A stretch of DNA of 64,000 nt from Deltaproteobacteria bacterium (lineage in GTDB: Bacteria; Desulfobacterota; DSM-4660; Desulfatiglandales; Desulfatiglandaceae). The notes under the pieces were generated by a model that was not told where the DNA came from, ran no database searches, and saw nothing but the letters and a program-made list of their open reading frames with translations. The stretch's first letter is position 1. Each line of letters opens with the position of its first letter. This document shows positions 9,751-17,657 of this stretch, piece by piece. The DNA lies in the NCBI GenBank assembly GCA_019309145.1, contig JAFDGR010000002.1:8674-72673 (forward strand), in the 5' to 3' direction. A program made the position numbers and the translations under genes.

Positions 9751-10581
9751 ATGATTATGCATTCACCACAGATTATTGCTTTATTGATCACGGGGATTTG
9801 TGTTGGTTTTGCCTCTGGACTCTTGGGGGTGGGCGGCTGCTTTATTATGGTACCTGTCCAGTATTGGGTCCTCAAAGCCATTGGGGTAGATCCAACGATC
9901 GCTATTCGTATTGCCTTTGGTACAAATCTTCTAGTTGTTCTTCCAACCGCCCTCAGTGGGTCCATGACGCACCATAGGAAGGGTGCTGTCCTGTGGAAGG
10001 CAGGGATTACCTTAGGGGTAACCGGCGCTGTTGGTGCGTTTTTCGGAGCATTCTTGGCTGCTCACCTGCCCGCAAAGGTCCTTACCGTGGCATTCGGGGT
10101 TGCGGTCATATTGGGAGCCGTAAGAATGTTGACGGCAAAACCACCGAAAATTACGGATGAACCGCCGGAAAGCCTTGCCCCATACATCCTGTGGGGGGTT
10201 CCGTTGGGCATCGTTTCTGGGATCATAGGGATCGGCGGTGGTGTCCTGATGGTCCCCATTATGGTATTCTTCCTGAAGTTCAAGATACACCAGGCAGTGG
10301 GGACCTCAACAGCCTTGATGATATTTACGGCCATCGGAGGCGCGCTATCCTTCCTCCTGAATGGCCTTGGAGTTCAGGGACTGCCACCATATTCAACCGG
10401 GTACCTGAACTGGCTCCAGTGGGTGCTCCTTGCCGGGTGCAGTATCCCCATGGCCATGGTAGGGGCAAGGGCTGCACATAAGTTGCCTGCCAAACAGCTG
10501 AAGTATTTATTTATCATCGTCATGTTTTATATGGGCCTGAAAATGATCGGAGTTTTTGCCTGGTTGCATTTACCTATATAA
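9751..10581 (+). CDS. TauE/SafE-family anion (sulfite/sulfonate-type) permease
   Basis: Polytopic protein with duplicated G-rich helices (GLLGVGGCFIMVP and GIIGIGGGVLMVP). ATG 9751 is preceded by AAGGAGG. The ORF also has an upstream ATG at 9730. Confidence 0.75.
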   Translation: MIMHSPQIIALLITGICVGFASGLLGVGGCFIMVPVQYWVLKAIGVDPTIAIRIAFGTNLLVVLPTALSGSMTHHRKGAVLWKAGITLGVTGAVGAFFGAFLAAHLPAKVLTVAFGVAVILGAVRMLTAKPPKITDEPPESLAPYILWGVPLGIVSGIIGIGGGVLMVPIMVFFLKFKIHQAVGTSTALMIFTAIGGALSFLLNGLGVQGLPPYSTGYLNWLQWVLLAGCSIPMAMVGARAAHKLPAKQLKYLFIIVMFYMGLKMIGVFAWLHLPI

Positions 10582-10612
10582 GAAGAAGCGGATTTTGTAG
10601 GGCGTGAGAAGG

Positions 10613-10864
10613 ATGAGTTCTGGGTCATGTGAGGTGGAGAACAGGGCAGGGACTGAGGTAGGGGACTGGGTGGTTGTCCCGCTCACCGCTGGTTTTTTTC
10701 TGGAAGCGATTCTCTGGAGTCTGTGTCCGGCAGGTGGCCTCTCCATCGGTATTGTTGTTGGAATAACCGTGTTCAAACGGATTTCAGCCGGCAGCCGGCC
10801 CTTTATTAGCAAAGTCATCAAGACACGGCTGGAAATGGCCTCAATGCCGGTTGGTGCACAATAG
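10613..10864 (+). CDS. Short RseC/MucC-like membrane protein (lacks the usual Cys-rich N-terminus)
   Basis: GTEVGDWVVVPL followed by two hydrophobic helices resembles the C-terminal two thirds of RseC-family proteins. The start is uncertain (GTG 10604 or ATG 10613). Confidence 0.35.
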   Translation: MSSGSCEVENRAGTEVGDWVVVPLTAGFFLEAILWSLCPAGGLSIGIVVGITVFKRISAGSRPFISKVIKTRLEMASMPVGAQ

Positions 10865-10893
10865 ACTCAAGCCTTGCTTTAGATGAGGAAAAA

Positions 10894-11478
10894 ATGGACA
10901 TATTATATCTGTCCGGCAGCCCAAGGAAAAAGAGCAATACCGATTACCTGCTCATGCAGATGCTCTCAGAGACCGCAGGTGAGTTTATCAAGATCAGCGA
11001 CTATTGGATTGAACCGTGCGGTTCTTGCTGGAAATGTCTGAAGCTGGGAAGATGCATCATTGATGATGACATGTCCAATGAACTCATGCCGAGGCTCTTA
11101 AAGGCAGATGCCCTTATTCTCGGGTCGCCGGTTTATTTCAATAATGTCAGCAGCCAGATGAAGGCATTCATAGACCGTACCTGGTGTCTGAAGGGAAAAC
11201 TGAGAAACAAGATCGGCGGTGCGGTTGTGGTAGGCCGGAACGATGGTGCCGAAGGCGCAATCACCGCCATCCACGCCTTTTTCCTGAAACACGACATGAT
11301 CCCTGCAAACCGGGGTGTGCACGGCTATGCCTATGCCACGCAGGAAATAGAGGAAGATCCGGAAGCAATGGAGTCTGCCAAGAAACTTTCGGCAAGGATT
11401 TTGGAACTCGGCAAAATCATAGAAACCGGTTCAGTTCCTGCAACACGAAAGCAGTACATCTCGGGAAAAGAATGCTGA
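10894..11478 (+). CDS. Iron-sulfur flavoprotein (Isf / NADPH-dependent FMN reductase fold)
   Basis: Flavodoxin-like N-terminus LYLSGSPRKKSNT and the compact Isf-type cluster motif CGSCWKCLKLGRC (C-x2-C-x2-C-x5-C). Confidence 0.75.
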   Translation: MDILYLSGSPRKKSNTDYLLMQMLSETAGEFIKISDYWIEPCGSCWKCLKLGRCIIDDDMSNELMPRLLKADALILGSPVYFNNVSSQMKAFIDRTWCLKGKLRNKIGGAVVVGRNDGAEGAITAIHAFFLKHDMIPANRGVHGYAYATQEIEEDPEAMESAKKLSARILELGKIIETGSVPATRKQYISGKEC

Positions 11479-12272
11479 AGCTTGTCGTCATATGTGCGAT
11501 TATTTTTGTGCTGGCAGTGGTCATGACCATGGCCGGAAGGGGAGGCGGGAATTTCTATGTCCTGCTCCTGGTGGTCTCCGGGATTCCCATGCACCAGGCG
11601 GCCACAACGGGCCAGTTTATCCTTTTTATGACGGCCCTGTCAGCATTTTTCGTATTCCAGAAAAACAAGGCAGTGGTCTGGCCCCTGGCCATCCTCATCG
11701 GGACACTCACGGCATCCGCTGCCTTTGCCGGCGGGTATTTTTCACACTGGTTCAGTGGTTTCACCCTGAAAATTATATTTTCGGGTCTGCTTGCCATAGC
11801 AGGCCTGATGCTTTTGCCCATCAAAGAGCGCGGTGAACATGGGACAAAAAAAGGGTTTGGATACTGGCGCTTTGAATCGGGAGGGCAAACCTACACGGTG
11901 AACCTGTGGGTTGCCGTTTCCGTGACCCTTTCGGCAGGGTTTGGCTCGGGAATGGTGGGTGTATCCGGCGGTTCGTTTCTCGTCCCTCTTATGGTCCTTG
12001 CATGTGGAGTACCCATGCGGGCGGCAGTCGGCACGGCGTCGACGCTCATCGCTTCAACAGCCCTTATGGGATTCATCGGGCATACGATCCAGGGTGATTT
12101 CAGCCCTGCTCTTGCGCTTCCTCTTGCAGTGGTAACTATTGTGGGCGGCTTTATCGGAGGAAAATTTGCCATGAAAACGAAGCCAAAGCACCTAAAGCTT
12201 CTTTTTGCGTACACGACCCTGCTCGCCGCCCTTTTTATGGTGGTCAATGCCTTCTACTCCAGAGTCTCATAG
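11472..12272 (+). CDS. TauE/SafE-family anion permease (second copy)
   Basis: MLKLVVICAIIF... is polytopic, with GRGGGNFYVLLLV and GVSGGSFLVPLMV repeats. The ATG overlaps the Isf stop (ATGCTGA), which suggests translational coupling. Confidence 0.75.
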   Translation: MLKLVVICAIIFVLAVVMTMAGRGGGNFYVLLLVVSGIPMHQAATTGQFILFMTALSAFFVFQKNKAVVWPLAILIGTLTASAAFAGGYFSHWFSGFTLKIIFSGLLAIAGLMLLPIKERGEHGTKKGFGYWRFESGGQTYTVNLWVAVSVTLSAGFGSGMVGVSGGSFLVPLMVLACGVPMRAAVGTASTLIASTALMGFIGHTIQGDFSPALALPLAVVTIVGGFIGGKFAMKTKPKHLKLLFAYTTLLAALFMVVNAFYSRVS

Positions 12273-12285
12273 GTCAATTTCACAC

Positions 12286-12328
12286 TTGACATTGAGGGTG
12301 AGAACATTATATTACTATTCAGTAATAT
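12286..12328 (+). promoter_or_regulatory. arsR promoter with overlapping perfect palindromic operator
   Basis: TTGACA (12286-12291), 16 nt, TATATT (12308-12313). The palindrome ATATTACT-attc-AGTAATAT spans 12309-12328 and overlaps the -10 element. Confidence 0.6.
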
Positions 12329-12341
12329 CAAAGGATGAAAT

Positions 12342-12686
12342 ATGAAGGATTTTATAAAAACCATAAAGGCCCTTTCCGACCCGAACAGGGTCAAGATTCT
12401 CAAGATGCTCCAGCACAAGAGTATGTGCGTGTGCGAGCTGCAGGTAGCTCTGGGCGTTGCCCAGCCGACCGTATCCAAGCACCTGAAAATACTGGAGGAA
12501 GCAGGTTTTGTGACGTATGAAAAGGATGGCCTTTGGGTCAATTATCACCTCACTGACGGGAGCAGCAGCCCCTATGTGGCAAGCCTGCTCGGAAATCTGC
12601 GGCACTGGTTGGAAGAGGAGCCGGAAGTGGCACGTTTGAAAAAGGAACTGCCCATGATCAACCGGGAGGATATCTGCAGGAAGTAA
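12342..12686 (+). CDS. arsR: ArsR/SmtB-family metalloregulator
   Basis: Winged HTH with the As(III)-type site MCVCEL and QPTVSKHLKILEEAGFV. 114 aa. Confidence 0.85.
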   Translation: MKDFIKTIKALSDPNRVKILKMLQHKSMCVCELQVALGVAQPTVSKHLKILEEAGFVTYEKDGLWVNYHLTDGSSSPYVASLLGNLRHWLEEEPEVARLKKELPMINREDICRK

Positions 12687-12703
12687 TTTTTTTTGCACTT
12701 TTC

Positions 12704-12723
12704 ATATTACTCTATGGAAATAT
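12704..12723. promoter_or_regulatory. Second, imperfect ArsR-type operator upstream of the permease gene
   Basis: ATATTACT-ctat-GGAAATAT. The left half is identical to the arsR operator and the right half matches 6/8. It overlaps a TATAAT at 12721-12726. Confidence 0.4.
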
Positions 12724-12766
12724 AATGCGCAAGAAAGGGCCAATTGAAAAGGAGTAAGGGAAGAGA

Positions 12767-13939
12767 ATGAAAGAAAGATGGAAGTTGCTGCTGATTATCC
12801 TGATTTTTGTTGCATGCTATTACGTGCCGTGGGCCAGTCCGACCATTCGCAAATCCGGCCTGGAAGCCTTCATGATGCTCCAGGAATATGCTCGCCAGCA
12901 TGTGCTGACCTGTTTGATCCCGGCGTTTTTCATTGCCGGAGCTATTTCGGTTTTCGTCTCGCAGGCATCCGTCCTGAAATATTTCGGTGCCACGGCAAAA
13001 AAAATCCTTTCCTATTCAGTGGCCTCTGTTTCCGGGAGCATCCTGGCCGTATGTTCCTGCACGGTCCTGCCCCTCTTTGCGGGAATCTATACCCGCGGGG
13101 CCGGCATCGGACCGGCCACGGCATTCCTCTATTCAGGACCTGCCATTAATGTCCTTGCCATCGTGCTCACCGCCAGGGTCCTGGGGTGGCAGTTGGGGCT
13201 TGCGAGGGCAGTTGGCGCAGTGCTTTTTGCCGTCATTACCGGGCTTCTCATGGCTCTCATTTTTCGGAAAGATGACGCGGCCCGTACTGCCGGACAAATA
13301 TACCTGCCGGATGAGGAGGGGAAGGGGAGGACGCTTCTCCAGGATTCTCTTTTTATCCTTATCATGGTGCTGATCCTTATCTTTGCCGCCTTTGCCCGTC
13401 CGGCTCCCGGATCAACGGGCCTCTGGCCCGCCATATTCGCGGCCAAGTGGTACATCACGGCCGGTTTGCTTGTGATCCTTGGGTTCATGCTCAAGGCATG
13501 GTTTGTAAAGGAAGAACGGGTAACCTGGGTCCAGTCCACCTGGGGGTTCATGAAACAGATCTTTCCGCTCCTGGGGGCGGGGGTCCTGGTGGCCGGGTTC
13601 ATGCTGGGAAGGCCCGGTCATTCGGCACTGATCCCGGAGCACTATATTGAGATGCTGGTGGGAGGGAATTCCCTGTGGGCGAATTTGTTTGCGTCGGTTT
13701 CAGGGGCGCTTATGTATTTCGCAACGCTGACCGAGGTCCCTATTTTGCAGGGGCTCATGGGAGCGGGCATGGGCAAGGGACCGGCCCTTTCCCTGCTGCT
13801 GGCCGGACCGGCTCTGTCGCTTCCCAACATGCTGGTAATCGGCGGGGTTATGGGGGTTAAGAAGACGGCCACATTCTGCGCGATCATTGTGGTGCTCTCC
13901 ACCATCGCCGGAATGTGCTACGGCTGGATCGCAGGGTAA
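12767..13939 (+). CDS. PF03773-type permease (ArsP / SO_0444-like metal(loid) efflux permease)
   Basis: 390-aa polytopic ORF with a CSCTVLPLFAGIY motif. It sits between arsR and thioredoxin-fold genes, a common conserved arrangement. Confidence 0.7.
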   Translation: MKERWKLLLIILIFVACYYVPWASPTIRKSGLEAFMMLQEYARQHVLTCLIPAFFIAGAISVFVSQASVLKYFGATAKKILSYSVASVSGSILAVCSCTVLPLFAGIYTRGAGIGPATAFLYSGPAINVLAIVLTARVLGWQLGLARAVGAVLFAVITGLLMALIFRKDDAARTAGQIYLPDEEGKGRTLLQDSLFILIMVLILIFAAFARPAPGSTGLWPAIFAAKWYITAGLLVILGFMLKAWFVKEERVTWVQSTWGFMKQIFPLLGAGVLVAGFMLGRPGHSALIPEHYIEMLVGGNSLWANLFASVSGALMYFATLTEVPILQGLMGAGMGKGPALSLLLAGPALSLPNMLVIGGVMGVKKTATFCAIIVVLSTIAGMCYGWIAG

Positions 13940-13943
13940 ATTG

Positions 13944-14075
13944 GACAGGATTCACAGGATTTTCAGGACTGTTTGCCTCCCGCGTCGCGGGATCCAGGTA
14001 GTGTAGGTGATTGCTGTTTGCCTGGTTGCCTCCGGCAAGCAGGCAAAAAAATCGGTTAATCCTGTAGATCCTGTC
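13944..14075. repeat. Structured intergenic element bounded by 18-bp inverted repeats
   Basis: GACAGGATTCACAGGATT (13944-13961) pairs with AATCCTGTAGATCCTGTC (14058-14075) at 16/18. Inside are the hairpins CCCGCG-tc-GCGGG and TTGCCTGgTTGCC-tcc-GGCAAgCAGGCAA, plus a direct repeat CTGTTTGCCT. Confidence 0.55.
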
Positions 14076-14133
14076 TAAAGCCCAAACGGGAAAACTGAAC
14101 TTTGCGTTCTTGGCGTCTTTGCGGTGGGATTCT

Positions 14134-14643
14134 ATGGAGGGAAGAGTGGCACAGGATGACGTGATTCAGATAAAGGTGGATGGTCATGGGGTTGGGATCA
14201 TCGGCCTGAAAAGAGTGATGGAAGATATGGCGGAAGCGTATGCCCAAAAGTCCGACGAAGAGGTCGGGTCCGAATTGCTGAGCAGGCTCCGCAGAAAGAA
14301 CTATATCCCGGATAGTGCTGCCGAGGGGTACAAGAGGGCCTTTGTCCGGGAATTCCGGAAATTCCTTGGCCAGCCCTTTGAGGAGGATATATCCGGGGGG
14401 ATAGAGATCAAGGTGCTTGGTCCCGGATGTGCCCAGTGCGACCGGCTGGAAAAGGAACTCATCGAGGTTATGGCGGAAACGAATGTTATTGCGGATGTGG
14501 AGCACATCAGGGATATTAAAGAAATCGGGAAGTATGGTATTATGGGGACGCCGGCACTCCTCATTAATGGGGATGTCAAATCGGTGGGGAAGGTTCCACC
14601 CAAAACAAAGCTCATTGAATGGCTAAATCAGGCGAAAGGTTAA
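14134..14643 (+). CDS. Thioredoxin-fold (redox-active disulfide protein 2-like) protein with ~95-aa N-terminal extension
   Basis: The C-terminal 75 aa, IEIKVLGPGCAQCDRLEKEL...GTPALLINGDVKSVGKVP, are paralogous to the next gene. The N-terminal domain was not recognised. Confidence 0.55.
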   Translation: MEGRVAQDDVIQIKVDGHGVGIIGLKRVMEDMAEAYAQKSDEEVGSELLSRLRRKNYIPDSAAEGYKRAFVREFRKFLGQPFEEDISGGIEIKVLGPGCAQCDRLEKELIEVMAETNVIADVEHIRDIKEIGKYGIMGTPALLINGDVKSVGKVPPKTKLIEWLNQAKG

Positions 14644-14669
14644 AGGCGAAAGGCAAAAGGAGGAATATC

Positions 14670-14903
14670 ATGGAGATAAAGGTCCTTGGGACTGCGTGTG
14701 CCAACTGTGAAAAAGCGGAAAAACTCGTTCGCGAAGCGGTCCGGGAAACAGGCATTGATGCACAGGTGGTGAAGGTGCAGGACACCATGGAGATCGCGAA
14801 GGCGGGGGTGTTTATGACACCCGCCGTGGTAGTGGATGGCGATGTAAAATGTGTGGGCAAAGTGCCGAAGAAGGAAGAGGTAATCAGGTGGCTCACCAGG
14901 TGA
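14670..14903 (+). CDS. Small thioredoxin-fold protein (redox-active disulfide protein 2 family)
   Basis: MEIKVLGTACANCEKAEKL...TPAVVVDGDVKCVGKVP, with a CxxC motif. RBS AAAGGAGG. 77 aa. Confidence 0.75.
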   Translation: MEIKVLGTACANCEKAEKLVREAVRETGIDAQVVKVQDTMEIAKAGVFMTPAVVVDGDVKCVGKVPKKEEVIRWLTR

Positions 14904-14977
14904 CGGGATGAGCGGGAGCGCATACTTCGAGATATGATTCACTCGGTGTGCATTTCATAAAAACGACCGAAAAAGGG

Positions 14978-15763
14978 ATGTTGTTGTCTATGATGTACCC
15001 CAATATCAATCCAGTACTGATTCAGGTGGGGCCCTTTGCTGTCCGGTGGTACGGGCTCATGTACGTGGTGGGCTTTCTGCTGGGGTATTTCGTGCTCCTG
15101 AAGCTCTCCCAACGGGAACAGTATGATCTCACGAAACAGGAAGTGGGGGATCTCCTGTATTTCTGCATAGCGGGCCTGGTAGTGGGGGCGCGGCTGGGAT
15201 ACTGCCTGATCTACAATTTTTCATACTATATCCATGAACCGCTCAAGATGTTTGCGGTCTGGGAAGGTGGCATGTCCTTCCACGGCGGGCTGGCAGGAGC
15301 GGCAGTAGCAGGCTGGATCTTTGCCCGCAGGCGCCATAAATCTCTCCTGATGATTGCGGACCTTGGGGCTGTTGCAGCGCCTTTGGGGCTTTTTTTCGGC
15401 CGGATCGGCAATTTTATCAACGGGGAACTCTATGGAAGGGTGACTTCCATGCCGTGGGGCATGGTTTTCCCGGGAGCAGGAAATCTTCCACGACATCCTT
15501 CACAACTCTACGAGGCTTTTTTTGAAGGCCTGGTTTTGTTCTCCATCCTGCTCTGGTTGAGCAGAAAGCAGCGCCCCCCTGGCTTCCTGATGGCTTCATT
15601 CCTCACAGGATACGGGGTGTTTCGGTTTTTCCTGGAGTTTTTCAGGGATCCGGACCCGCAAATGAGGTTTGTTATGGGTCCTTTCACCATGGGCCAGGTG
15701 CTCTGCAGCATCATGGTCGCGGCAGGTATCCTCTTGTTCTGGCTTTGCCGAAGACGCGGGTGA
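14978..15763 (+). CDS. lgt: Prolipoprotein diacylglyceryl transferase
   Basis: INPVLIQVGPFAVRWYGLMYVVGF, GGMSFHGGLAG, FGRIGNFINGELYGR. The start is ambiguous (ATG 14978, 14990 or 14993). Confidence 0.85.
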   Translation: MLLSMMYPNINPVLIQVGPFAVRWYGLMYVVGFLLGYFVLLKLSQREQYDLTKQEVGDLLYFCIAGLVVGARLGYCLIYNFSYYIHEPLKMFAVWEGGMSFHGGLAGAAVAGWIFARRRHKSLLMIADLGAVAAPLGLFFGRIGNFINGELYGRVTSMPWGMVFPGAGNLPRHPSQLYEAFFEGLVLFSILLWLSRKQRPPGFLMASFLTGYGVFRFFLEFFRDPDPQMRFVMGPFTMGQVLCSIMVAAGILLFWLCRRRG

Positions 15764-15860
15764 GACGGCTCACCGAACCTGTTCTTACTTTCTTCAAATA
15801 GCTAACGGCTTCTGAACCAATAAATGGGATCAGTGGAAGATCAAAGTGCGAGAGAAAATA

Positions 15861-16961
15861 ATGAAGCAGCTTTCTTTTCTGGACCGGCTCCTGACCCTGT
15901 GGATCTTTCTGGCCATGTTTGTGGGGGTGGGATGGGGGTATCTTTTCCCCGGTGTCAGGAACGTGATAAATTACTTCCAAGTGGGTACGACTAACATCCC
16001 CATTGCCATCGGCCTGATCCTGATGATGTACCCGCCTCTGGCAAAGGTGAAATACGAGGAGATGGGGTATGTATTCCGGGACTACAAGGTCCTTTTCCTC
16101 TCCCTGGTACAGAACTGGGTCATCGGTCCCATCCTTATGTTTCTGCTGGCCATTGCCTTCCTGTCCGGGCACCATGAATACATGGTGGGGCTCATCATGA
16201 TCGGTCTAGCGCGATGTATCGCCATGGTCCTGGTGTGGAATGACCTGGCTTCCGGTGACGCGGAATATTGTGCCGGGCTGGTAGCCTTTAACTCTGTTTT
16301 TCAGGTCCTCTTCTTTTCCCTCTATGCCTACATCTTTATTACCGTAATTCCCCAGTGGCTCGGGTTAAAGGGGGCCGTTGTGAACATCTCTATCGGACAG
16401 ATCGGGGAGAGCGTTTTTATTTACCTGGGGATCCCCTTTATAGCAGGTGTGCTCTCGCGGCTGATCGGGCTCAAGACCAAGGGCCGCGAATGGTATGAAA
16501 AGAAGTTTATCCCCAAGATCAGTCCCATTACCCTGATCGCACTGCTTTTTACGATCCTGGTCATGTTCTCCCTCAAAGGGGAATATATTGTCCAGCTTCC
16601 CTTGGACGTGGTTCGGGTGGCGATGCCCCTTTGCATCTATTTTGTGATTATGTTCTTTGTTTCATTTTATATGTCAATGAAGGTGGGCGCAACCTACGAG
16701 CAGTCAACCACCTTGAGCTTTACGGCCGCTTCCAACAACTTTGAGCTGGCAATTGCCGTGGCGGTAGCGGTCTTCGGCATTGATTCCGGCCAGGCCTTTG
16801 CTGCGGTCATTGGCCCCCTGGTGGAGGTGCCGGTGCTCATCAGCCTGGTCAACGTGGCATTGTGGTTCAAGCGGCGGTATTTTCCTTATGCCGTGGAGAC
16901 GCCTACCGGCGTATGCCACCTCACCTGCGAACCAGCAGCGGGTTCCCGGTTTCAGAAATGA
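15861..16961 (+). CDS. acr3: ACR3-family arsenite efflux permease
   Basis: [19 protein letters not shown]..., [54 protein letters not shown]. Confidence 0.9.
   Translation: MKQLSFLDRLLTLWIFLAMFVGVGWGYLFPGVRNVINYFQVGTTNIPIAIGLILMMYPPLAKVKYEEMGYVFRDYKVLFLSLVQNWVIGPILMFLLAIAFLSGHHEYMVGLIMIGLARCIAMVLVWNDLASGDAEYCAGLVAFNSVFQVLFFSLYAYIFITVIPQWLGLKGAVVNISIGQIGESVFIYLGIPFIAGVLSRLIGLKTKGREWYEKKFIPKISPITLIALLFTILVMFSLKGEYIVQLPLDVVRVAMPLCIYFVIMFFVSFYMSMKVGATYEQSTTLSFTAASNNFELAIAVAVAVFGIDSGQAFAAVIGPLVEVPVLISLVNVALWFKRRYFPYAVETPTGVCHLTCEPAAGSRFQK
16826..16919. repeat. 94-bp block identical to 19567-19660 (3' end of acr3)
   Basis: Direct comparison shows the two copies are identical over 94 nt. The roughly 120 nt upstream are only about 87% identical, with mostly synonymous changes. 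Confidence 0.85.
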
Positions 16962-17043
16962 GAATTTTTGCGCAAGGTCAAGGCTTCCGGGGACCCGCCC
17001 GCTTCCGGCCCTGGAGGGCCTCCCGCCCGGAGGGGAAGGGTGG

Positions 17044-17118
17044 GGGGGGTCCAAGCGCAGCGCGGACAAACCGGGGACCCACTAGGATGGTGGGGGGTCC
17101 AAGCGCAGCGCGGACAAA
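17044..17118. repeat. Two perfect 27-bp direct repeats (48-bp period) in a GC-rich spacer
   Basis: GGGGGGTCCAAGCGCAGCGCGGACAAA occurs at 17044-17070 and 17092-17118. CCGGGGACCC also recurs nearby. Confidence 0.8.
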
Positions 17119-17173
17119 AAAAGGCCATTTATGGATGGAAACCAGATAGATTGGGACAGTTTTCCAACAACAT

Positions 17174-17653
17174 TCATTCCTTTGTCGCCACGCCAACCAG
17201 GAAACCGCACAAGAGAGAACCAAGAATGGTGGCCAGAGTGAATATGAGCACATATATCCATCCGAAGTAGGAGATCATGATCGGTAAGAGGACCGGTTTA
17301 ACCGCCCTGTTGTTCAGAAAGATGGCAATCAGGGAATCCTTTGCCCCTCTTCCCTTCAATTCCTTTAACAGAGGGTACCAGGCGTAGATCGGGCCAACCG
17401 ATATGATTCCCGCGAGTGCGGAAACAACAACGCCTTTGAACCCGGATTCTTTTCCAAGGAGTGCGGTTAGACGTGAAGGTTTCAAGAAAAGGTTGAGAAG
17501 GAATATGAGAAAGAAAACAAGACTGAGCGCGATGCCGATCCTCAAGAAAATAGATATGCTTCCCCTGAAGGCGATGAGTGCCTTGTCCGGCAAAAAAATG
17601 AGCAACACGCCGTAAATGACGGCCACGAAACCTGGAAAAAGGAAAGATCGCAC
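17174..17653 (-). CDS. C-terminal half of a split PF03773-type membrane permease
   Basis: 159-aa, four-helix hydrophobic ORF that begins 4 nt after the upstream gene on the same strand. Confidence 0.55.
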   Translation of the reverse strand: MRSFLFPGFVAVIYGVLLIFLPDKALIAFRGSISIFLRIGIALSLVFFLIFLLNLFLKPSRLTALLGKESGFKGVVVSALAGIISVGPIYAWYPLLKELKGRGAKDSLIAIFLNNRAVKPVLLPIMISYFGWIYVLIFTLATILGSLLCGFLVGVATKE

Positions 17654-17657
17654 GAAA

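Noticed and set aside
11184-11471. A long N-terminal extension of the second TauE ORF (the track gives 11184-12272).
   Set aside because: The extension overlaps the Isf gene in another frame and is Arg/Cys-rich nonsense. The hydrophobic TauE sequence starts at the ATG at 11472, which overlaps the Isf stop.
16862-17270. 95-101-aa Gly/Arg/Pro-rich ORFs crossing the region downstream of acr3.
   Set aside because: Their length is a by-product of the GC-rich 27-bp direct repeats. They are low-complexity, with no start context and no homology features.
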